From a phage: a stretch of DNA of 64,000 bases. Made by a program: the position numbers and the translations under genes. Positions 49,725-56,303 of the stretch are shown here, one piece after another. The notes beneath the pieces were generated by a model that ran no database searches, was not told where the DNA came from, and was given only the letters and a program-made list of their open reading frames with translations. Location of the stretch: the NCBI GenBank assembly GCA_025611195.1, contig GCA_025611195.1_4718.1; one strand, given 5' to 3'. Each line of letters starts with the position of its first letter. Within the stretch, counting starts at the first letter, position 1.

Positions 49725-49742
49725 GGGGACAATGATGTCCCC
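49725..49742 (-). terminator. GGGGAC-N6-GTCCCC hairpin
   Basis: GGGGAC-AATGAT-GTCCCC between stop of 49752 gene and start of 49682 gene; sibling at 47990..48007. Confidence 0.4.
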
Positions 49743-49751
49743 ATGTTCATG

Positions 49752-50042
49752 TTAACTCCCTCTGTGGCATGAAAACAGAGCGTCTAATTGCTCCCGTTGT
49801 TCTTTTAAGTATGCGGGAAGCTGGTCTTCCCGTACCGTTCCGATTTCCAACGTGATGTACCAGCGTTGTTCGGAAGCCTGCCATTGAAAACTGCTCTGTA
49901 ACCTCAGGATGTTGGGATCGTGTACCATGCTTGCGCTGTAACGGTTGAACCAATTCAGGTATTCTGCTTTCCCTTCCTCGTCGGCAACGTAACGCTGCAC
50001 GCTGTTCTTCCCTTTGTTCTCGTATCCTGTTGCACGTATCAT
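49752..50042 (-). CDS. hypothetical protein (about 96 aa)
   Basis: Frame chosen over overlapping Arg-rich frame 49747..50091. Start ATG 50042 overlaps upstream stop (ATGA). Confidence 0.45.
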   Translation of the reverse strand: MIRATGYENKGKNSVQRYVADEEGKAEYLNWFNRYSASMVHDPNILRLQSSFQWQASEQRWYITLEIGTVREDQLPAYLKEQREQLDALFSCHRGS

Positions 50043-50821
50043 GCGAACGTTTCTCCTGTAACGTGTTGTGGGCGTTGTAGCATGGTAGCATCCCATTGTA
50101 CGATCCGGCTCCGGCTTACCCGCATCATGATGGATTCATCGTCAAGCCCTGGTTGCACAACCGGTAACCAACGTTCGTTAAGCACCTTCGCTTCAACCCG
50201 TTTCTTGCGTGGGTTGTAACGCACCTCGCTAACCCAAGCGAATCCAAGCGGATGGACCACCCGTGGATAATACATGCGAAGCAATTGATGCATCCGATCC
50301 AGTACCTCCAGGTCAGCATCGGTCAGGTATGGTTTCACCATGGTAAGCTTTTTGGTGTAATACGTTCCGGTGGTATGATTGATCCAACCAGGAAGCACGT
50401 GATGGAACCCTACCTGTAATGGCGTATCCCCGTTCACCTTCAACCAACCGTATCGCCCTGTCGCACGTCCCTCATCGTAAGCAACTTGTGCAAGCTGATC
50501 GATGAACGCACGATCGGTGATCTCGATGCGTTCCACCCGTTCATCCAACGCACCGCGTACCACGAATCCGCTCGCGCTCATCCGCGCAGGATGCTGGCTG
50601 CGATGCGCGTACCAATTCTTGTTGCCGGTAAGCAGGTAAGGGTACGTGTGAGCACCCCGCCAAACAACCGTTCCGTTCGTCCCATCAACACAGTGTACAT
50701 ACATCCCATCTTGACCGTTGTTGTAGCATGCTACCTTCACGCATTCGTTTTGAACATCGCTCGGTAACGCCAGGTATTCACCTTCGGTAAACATGGTATC
50801 AAAAATGATTTCGTCGTTCAT
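50039..50821 (-). CDS. hypothetical protein (260 aa), paralog of 48849..49682; predicted early gene
   Basis: Paralogous C-terminal block; CTATATTACCT motif about 80 nt upstream. Confidence 0.55.
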   Translation of the reverse strand: MNDEIIFDTMFTEGEYLALPSDVQNECVKVACYNNGQDGMYVHCVDGTNGTVVWRGAHTYPYLLTGNKNWYAHRSQHPARMSASGFVVRGALDERVERIEITDRAFIDQLAQVAYDEGRATGRYGWLKVNGDTPLQVGFHHVLPGWINHTTGTYYTKKLTMVKPYLTDADLEVLDRMHQLLRMYYPRVVHPLGFAWVSEVRYNPRKKRVEAKVLNERWLPVVQPGLDDESIMMRVSRSRIVQWDATMLQRPQHVTGETFA

Positions 50822-50902
50822 CTAAAAAAGATCCTCTGTTTTTCACGTTAATTAAACAACGTATTGATTTCTATTTAACGCAATACGAACATTGTACGTA
50901 TG

Positions 50903-50923
50903 CATCATGAAGGTAATATAGTC
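50903..50923 (-). promoter_or_regulatory. early-promoter-like motif (21-nt GACTATATTACCTTCATGATG)
   Basis: About 80 nt upstream of ATG 50821, at the edge of the AT-rich non-coding region. Confidence 0.5.
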
Positions 50924-51064
50924 GTGAAAGGATTTGCATTAAAGCAAGGGTTTTGTTTTAAGAAGGGATGGATTTAGAAGAGGTGTTTCAAGGAAGGTAA
51001 ACGAGGATAGGTATTTTGATTTAAGTAAGATGTTATCTGTATTTGTTAAAAGTGTATTGTCTAT

Positions 51065-51396
51065 GTTATCTTGTTTATCTTAGGTTATGTCTTATTGTTT
51101 AATCGTTTTATCTTTGTAGGTTAAATTGTTCTAGTTATCTTGTTGTATAAAGTAATTCAATAAGCTTATCTTCAAAATGATAAATAACTTGTGTTTATTG
51201 TACATGCTAATCAAAAAACCATTTGTGATACTCTTCTTCACGTTGTTCATCAGAGTATCTCGTCTATACTCATTGCATTCGTATACGACATAACCGTTAT
51301 ACGCTAACGCTACGCTTATAGCTTGATAACTCTAAGGATAAAAACATAAACTCGCTTCGCTCGTTTAGTTTTTCTTTTTCTTAGAGTTATCTTGTT
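51065..51396. repeat. iteron-like direct repeats (A)GTTATCTTGTT(G) in AT-rich non-coding region
   Basis: Three copies at about 51065, 51134 and 51386; no ORF of 60 aa or more in this region. Confidence 0.4.
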
Positions 51397-51557
51397 GCTC
51401 GTCTCTAAAGGACTTCGCTCCTCCCCCGTCCCCCGAAGGGGCCGAGGTCGTGGAAATTTTACTTTCCAAATACATTTACAACATCTGTAAACTTTTACTC
51501 CAGGTACTTAATCTTATCATTAGAAATTATAAAGAGAAGAATAAACACAAACATAAA

Positions 51558-51589
51558 CCTTCCTCCAACCCAACAGGGAAGGAGGAAGG
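51558..51589 (-). terminator. family-A palindromic hairpin
   Basis: Stem CCTTCCTCC/GGAGGAAGG, loop AACCCAACAGGGAA; T-rich tract follows on minus strand. Confidence 0.5.
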
Positions 51590-51602
51590 GGATTAATTAA
51601 AA

Positions 51603-52496
51603 TTATTCGGAAACGTTGTAACCGAATACCGCTTTACCGTAGGTGTGAGTACCGTCAGCTAATGACAGCACCAACACGTGGTTGTACGTAGCGTTAACGC
51701 CTTTATCGGTGGAATCGGTGGTAGCACCGTTATAGACGAAAGTAGCCGTTTGCAGATTGGCTTTCAGCTCGGTGATGATCTCGTCGCCCACACCCGTCTG
51801 CTCTTTGATCAGCGTGGTCAGGTTACCTGCCAGGCTTTCATCGATCTTGGTTTCGTTACTGGTAATCGCCTGTAAACCTGCGGTGTAGGTACTGAAGTCT
51901 AACGGATAGGTTAACAGACGCGCTGAGGTCTTGGTGCCATCGCCTTCATCAACGTAGGTTAAGTTACCCAGGTTGGTAACCTTGATGATGTTGGACAGAT
52001 CCAGCGTGGTGTTATAAACCTTAACTTGAACAGAACCGTACCAAGCCAGCGAATCTTCTTTGGCTTTCAGGGTGATCGTCTGGATACCATGATCGTCGAA
52101 GGTAACCGGCGTAGCTAACGTATCGGCTTTGATGTCTTTCGCTTTATCCAGGAACTTCTCACCGGAAGGTGTGATCATACCGTAGCGTTGAGCTACAAGG
52201 TCAACCACATCACCGATGGTGGTGTTTTTATTAACGTTAACGCGTACGGCGATCTTCTGGAACCACTTAGCCAGATCCAGACGATGATAGGTAACATCGC
52301 GGTCATTGAAGTAAGGAGTACCTTCACCAGGGCTAAGCGTTAAAGTTGCATCTGGAGCAGAATCGCTTTTGGATTTAAGAACGTATTTAAGGTCGGTGGG
52401 TTTGAAGTTGGCACCCGTATCGGCGTTGAGTGTGTTAATCTCATCAACGATAAGTTGCCAAGGTGTTTTTAAAGTAAGTGATACTTGAGCTGTCAT
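51603..52496 (-). CDS. hypothetical structural-type protein (297 aa)
   Basis: N-terminal region homologous to 52643..53185 (YFNDRDVTYHRLDLAKWF vs FYYDRLALSEVF; TIGDVVDLVAQRYGMITPSGE vs SIKASELVSKLVTKFGLASLTGE). Confidence 0.55.
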   Translation of the reverse strand: MTAQVSLTLKTPWQLIVDEINTLNADTGANFKPTDLKYVLKSKSDSAPDATLTLSPGEGTPYFNDRDVTYHRLDLAKWFQKIAVRVNVNKNTTIGDVVDLVAQRYGMITPSGEKFLDKAKDIKADTLATPVTFDDHGIQTITLKAKEDSLAWYGSVQVKVYNTTLDLSNIIKVTNLGNLTYVDEGDGTKTSARLLTYPLDFSTYTAGLQAITSNETKIDESLAGNLTTLIKEQTGVGDEIITELKANLQTATFVYNGATTDSTDKGVNATYNHVLVLSLADGTHTYGKAVFGYNVSE

Positions 52497-52533
52497 TTTC
52501 TTCCTCGATGGTTGTTACATTACTCTCAAAAGA

Positions 52534-52547
52534 TGTAAACGTTTACA
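52534..52547. promoter_or_regulatory. palindrome TGTAAACGTTTACA in divergent promoter region
   Basis: Perfect 14-bp dyad followed by TATATATAAAATGTAAATACTATG upstream of 52643..53185. Confidence 0.3.
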
Positions 52548-52642
52548 GAAATTAATATATCTTTATATATAAAATGTAAATACTATGGAGAACGACTCCG
52601 ACTCTCCTTTTCGACCATCAAAAAATCAGAGGATACATAATC

Positions 52643-53185
52643 ATGGCCTTAGACTTTAACAAAGCAGCCAAATCCCTTCTGCTTGATCTTATCAACACCA
52701 AAGCAACCCGCCCACTGACTGAAGAAGAACTGCAGTTCGGTACTCCGGGAGCATCTTCCGAACATGAAAAGAACACCGTTATCCAGCTGGATGCTGCAGC
52801 TGAAGCAGCTAACCTGCAGGGTACTCAGCAGTTCTACTACGATCGTCTGGCTCTGTCCGAAGTTTTCGCTGATGTAACCAGCGATGTTACTTTCGAACTG
52901 CCGCACGGCACTGACAGCATTAAGGCTTCCGAGCTGGTAAGCAAGCTGGTCACCAAATTCGGTCTGGCTTCCCTGACCGGTGAAATCAATGAAGAAACCT
53001 TCCAGCTGTCTGCTGGCACTGTTGGTGAAGTAACCCTGACTGCGATCGAGGGTGGTCTGGTATATACCGGCACCCTGCAGGTTGCACTGACCTACGCACC
53101 AGCACCGAAAGACGAACTGGCAACCGTTCTGGCGAATAACGTAGCTGAAGGTTTCGTGAAACCTGAAGTTGCTGTCGTTGGCTAA
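52643..53185 (+). CDS. abundant small protein (180 aa), probably virion-associated
   Basis: Strongly host-optimal codon usage (CTG, GGT, ACC, TTC, GAA) unlike neighbours; GAGGA RBS; strong stem-loop immediately after stop. Confidence 0.65.
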   Translation: MALDFNKAAKSLLLDLINTKATRPLTEEELQFGTPGASSEHEKNTVIQLDAAAEAANLQGTQQFYYDRLALSEVFADVTSDVTFELPHGTDSIKASELVSKLVTKFGLASLTGEINEETFQLSAGTVGEVTLTAIEGGLVYTGTLQVALTYAPAPKDELATVLANNVAEGFVKPEVAVVG

Positions 53186-53194
53186 TAAGCACGT

Positions 53195-53234
53195 AGAGCA
53201 ATAGTATGGGTTTTGTACAGCTCGGCTATTGCTC
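53195..53234 (+). terminator. stem-loop after highly expressed gene
   Basis: 10-bp stem AGAGCAATAG/CTATTGCTCT with 20-nt loop, 10 nt after stop of 52643..53185. Confidence 0.4.
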
Positions 53235-53384
53235 TTCTACAATTTGGTTGTAACAATCTGCGTGGTTGCACGCTTATCTTTCTCAATGAGCGCTTCATAC
53301 GAAGCGTGGTGTTGAAAGGGTTGTGGATCTCCTCAAGCGGCCAGGGACCCAGACCAACCTGAATAAACACAAACACATGTTAAG

Positions 53385-53416
53385 CCCCTCCTCATCCGTT
53401 ATTGGGTGGGGAGGGG
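53385..53416. terminator. CCTCC-type hairpin in convergent intergenic region
   Basis: CCCCTCC ... GGAGGGG stem in the 290-bp non-coding gap. Confidence 0.35.
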
Positions 53417-53479
53417 TCTTATACGTCTTTATGCGTTCCGTTCGTTCTGGAGCGTTTTAGGACGGTTTATGATGGTGTT

Positions 53480-54115
53480 TTACTCAACACTGAACCCGTT
53501 CAAGATGATCGCTTCATAACGCTTACGTTCACGACGTTTGCGTGCCTGCCAACCGTAGATGAATTTCTCATCTTTCTCGCGTCGCTCTGCTAACTCGATG
53601 TAATAAGTGCTCTGCATATCCAGCATCGCATCGATGAGATAATCCTTACCGGTTGCACCACGCTTAGCGATGTATGCGTCGAGCGCGCTTAACGTCGCAG
53701 GTCCCATCAAACCGTCGGCGTTGATATTTTTCCAGTAAGTTTGGCGGTTGTTCATGACGTTCAGATAACGCTGGAGGTTCTTAACCGGAACGGTTTTGCC
53801 TGCGTTGATACCCAGGTCAAAGAGACGATCAGCCAAGAACACGGAACGTTTCATGACCTCATCAAGCTTCATCTTATCCCAGAAGTGGGTCTTGTAGATA
53901 AAGAACGCCATTTCCGTGGTAAGGTTACGCATGTTACCGTCCCAGCCGAATTTCGTTTTCAGCGTGGTTTTGTATTGATCGGCGAGTGTTTTCGTAATGC
54001 CGTGGTTCGTGATTCCGCCCGAATCATCGGGATCGTCGACGTAACCTGCTTCGATGCTAGTTTTGTCACGAATTATGAATTCGCAAGTAAAATCTTTTTC
54101 AGTAATCTTAGCCAT
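53480..54115 (-). CDS. endolysin, GH108-type muramidase with PG_binding_3-like domain
   Basis: SIEAGYVDDPDDSGGITNHGIT matches the GH108 EGGY...GG.T.YGIT signature; INADGLMGPATLSAL matches the peptidoglycan-binding motif. Confidence 0.65.
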   Translation of the reverse strand: MAKITEKDFTCEFIIRDKTSIEAGYVDDPDDSGGITNHGITKTLADQYKTTLKTKFGWDGNMRNLTTEMAFFIYKTHFWDKMKLDEVMKRSVFLADRLFDLGINAGKTVPVKNLQRYLNVMNNRQTYWKNINADGLMGPATLSALDAYIAKRGATGKDYLIDAMLDMQSTYYIELAERREKDEKFIYGWQARKRRERKRYEAIILNGFSVE

Positions 54116-54157
54116 TAGAACTCCTCATTTAAATAACGATTTAGAGGAACAGGAAGG

Positions 54158-54237
54158 GTCTAGAACGCGATAAACGATTTAACCCAGGCAAACCCTAGAT
54201 TAAACTTTTCGAAGCGTTACAACGCGTTCTAGAACGC
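54158..54237. promoter_or_regulatory. inverted repeats TCTAGAACGCG ... CGCGTTCTAGAACGC upstream of endolysin gene
   Basis: 11-bp inverted repeat pair 53 bp apart; the distal copy is a self-complementary 14-mer. Confidence 0.35.
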
Positions 54238-54241
54238 TGAA

Positions 54242-56290
54242 TTAAATACCCTTGGTTCCTTTCACGTGATGTGCAATTTCTTCAACCATTGCACGCAGGG
54301 CACGAAGTTGTTGGTCGTGTTCATACCAACCGCCTAACAGAACCCCGCTATACACCATGGTGTCAAGACTTAACAGCCCTTTATCTGATACGTTGATCAT
54401 TTCCGGGAACTGTTCTTGAACACGCTGTGCGATAACACCGATCTTCTCGACATCAGGATCGTAGTTGTGACGGAAACGAGCGAGTCCGCTATGTGCCATC
54501 TCACGTAAACGATCACTGAAAGATTCCGGATGGTCTTTCAGATAACGGATGTCATGTTTACTGCGTTCATCAGAACGGATGTATGCGTTAGGAACATCGA
54601 TGTTGCTGTTGAAGTACAGCGCACTACCGCCACCGGCAGAGTTCCCCCAATAGAAGCTGGTTAAGATGCTACCCCCGTTACCTGTAACGTGCACCGTGCT
54701 GCCTACACGGGTTCCCCCACTACCATCAACGAAGACAAGCTTGTTCCCGCTGTAAGAACCCCAGAACAAACGGCTGTCGATGATGTTTGTTGCAGCGAGG
54801 CGAGCGTTACGTGGTGTAGAATACACGGTGTTAACATCTTGCTGTGCTTGCGCATCGGAAGCGATACCGTAGTTCTGAACATTCCCTAAGCCTACCTGGG
54901 CTTTGTTAACGGCGTGAGGGTTATCCCGACGGTTAGCGTGAGCATTAACCAGATCGCCCGCCAGTTTTTGAATAGCCCAGTTGGTAGATTGTGGCGTCAT
55001 ATAGCGGTTAGTTGCAGAACCACCTTGCGCTTCAGCTTGGTTAGCAGTTGGATAGTTCTCAACGCTTCCCAACCCTACCTGTGCTTTAGACACTTGGTGC
55101 GGGTTGTTCTTGTCGGCGATGTGCGCATTAAGCGGAACTAACGCGAAGGTCTCAATGGACGCTTTGGTGGTGTTCGGTGCCATTAATCGGTTAGCTGCAA
55201 CACCCGCACGCGCTTCTTCTTCAGAAGCCATCGGATAGTCTTGCACATTCCCTAACCCAACCTGCGCCTTGGTTACTCTGTGTGGGTTGTTGTAATCGGC
55301 TTTATGCGCATTAAGTGGAATCAATGCGAACTGTTCAATCGCTGCAACGGTACGTAGCGGTGTCATGAAACGGTTGTTCGCTGTTCCGGCTTTCGCCTCA
55401 TCATCCGAAGCGGTCGGGAAGTTATCAACGTTCCCAAGGTTAACCTGTGCTTTGGTGACGCTATGTGGGTTATCTCGACGGTTAGCATGCGCGTCGACTA
55501 GATCGCCCGCCAGTTTAGCAATCGCCCATCCAACCGTCTGTGCTGTCATGTATCGGTCAGGTGCGGTACCGGCTTCTGCCTCCGCCTTGTTTGCGGTAGG
55601 ATAGTTCTGTACGTTACCTAGTCCGACTTGGGCTTTTGTTACTTCATGCGGGTTATCGGTACGGTTAGCGTGCGCGTAATGCAGATCGGTCAGATCTTTA
55701 TCCGCTGCTTGCATGTCTTTGCGTAACTGATCGATTGCCGCCCAGAGACGGTTATCGGACGCAGCATCACCGATGAGTATTGCGGCTTTTAGCGAATAGA
55801 TCGCTAAGCAAAGATGTTCGGTACCGTAGATAGCACTAACGTGGTGGATGTGTGGTTCAGGCGGATAAAGTTCCGGTTTGTTCTTGATGTCGTCCCAGTT
55901 GATCGGACGATCGTCAAGTTTGAGTTCTTCGATAGCCTGATACAACGCATCAATAAGACTTACGTAAACACCACCGATGATACGATAGTCGTTAACTAAT
56001 GTACCCTCGATGTCATCGTTGATGATGGCGATGGCCGCACAGATTTCTTTACCAGCGTAAAGCGTAGCGTCCTGATACAAGAAAATGGGTTTGTAATCCA
56101 CGCCGCGTACCAGTGTCTTACCGGTAAGCTTTTCGGTGATAACCAGACTTTCGGTGAAGAACGGTCCGCCATCGAGGGCGTAACATTTATTCTCGGTTCG
56201 TGGAACGGTGTGCTCTTCACCAACGATGTGGTTGCTATCGAGCGTGCCGGTCCAGTCCTCGGGGTACTTCAGGGTAATTGGTGTTGACAT
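54242..56290 (-). CDS. tail fibre protein with NPHxVTKAQVGLGNV repeats and C-terminal S74-like chaperone domain
   Basis: Five tandem repeats of about 57 aa (phage tail-fibre repeat). C-terminal RSDERSKHDIRYL resembles the S74 intramolecular chaperone motif. Confidence 0.75.
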   Translation of the reverse strand: MSTPITLKYPEDWTGTLDSNHIVGEEHTVPRTENKCYALDGGPFFTESLVITEKLTGKTLVRGVDYKPIFLYQDATLYAGKEICAAIAIINDDIEGTLVNDYRIIGGVYVSLIDALYQAIEELKLDDRPINWDDIKNKPELYPPEPHIHHVSAIYGTEHLCLAIYSLKAAILIGDAASDNRLWAAIDQLRKDMQAADKDLTDLHYAHANRTDNPHEVTKAQVGLGNVQNYPTANKAEAEAGTAPDRYMTAQTVGWAIAKLAGDLVDAHANRRDNPHSVTKAQVNLGNVDNFPTASDDEAKAGTANNRFMTPLRTVAAIEQFALIPLNAHKADYNNPHRVTKAQVGLGNVQDYPMASEEEARAGVAANRLMAPNTTKASIETFALVPLNAHIADKNNPHQVSKAQVGLGSVENYPTANQAEAQGGSATNRYMTPQSTNWAIQKLAGDLVNAHANRRDNPHAVNKAQVGLGNVQNYGIASDAQAQQDVNTVYSTPRNARLAATNIIDSRLFWGSYSGNKLVFVDGSGGTRVGSTVHVTGNGGSILTSFYWGNSAGGGSALYFNSNIDVPNAYIRSDERSKHDIRYLKDHPESFSDRLREMAHSGLARFRHNYDPDVEKIGVIAQRVQEQFPEMINVSDKGLLSLDTMVYSGVLLGGWYEHDQQLRALRAMVEEIAHHVKGTKGI
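54850..55660 (-). repeat. intragenic tandem repeats encoding NPHxVTKAQVGLGNV modules
   Basis: Five units of about 170 nt; recurring DNA blocks such as TTCCCTAACCCAACCTG.GCTTTGGT.AC. Confidence 0.7.
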
Positions 56291-56303
56291 AACCTGGAGG
56301 TCC

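Noticed and set aside
49747-50091. Alternative 114-aa ORF overlapping 49752..50096 in another frame
   Set aside because: Extremely Arg-rich translation; the other frame has normal composition and an ATGA coupling start at 50042.
53182-53376. 64-aa minus-strand ORF in the gap after the codon-optimised gene
   Set aside because: Lies across terminator hairpins, Arg/Leu-rich, no RBS; the region is better explained as structured non-coding DNA.
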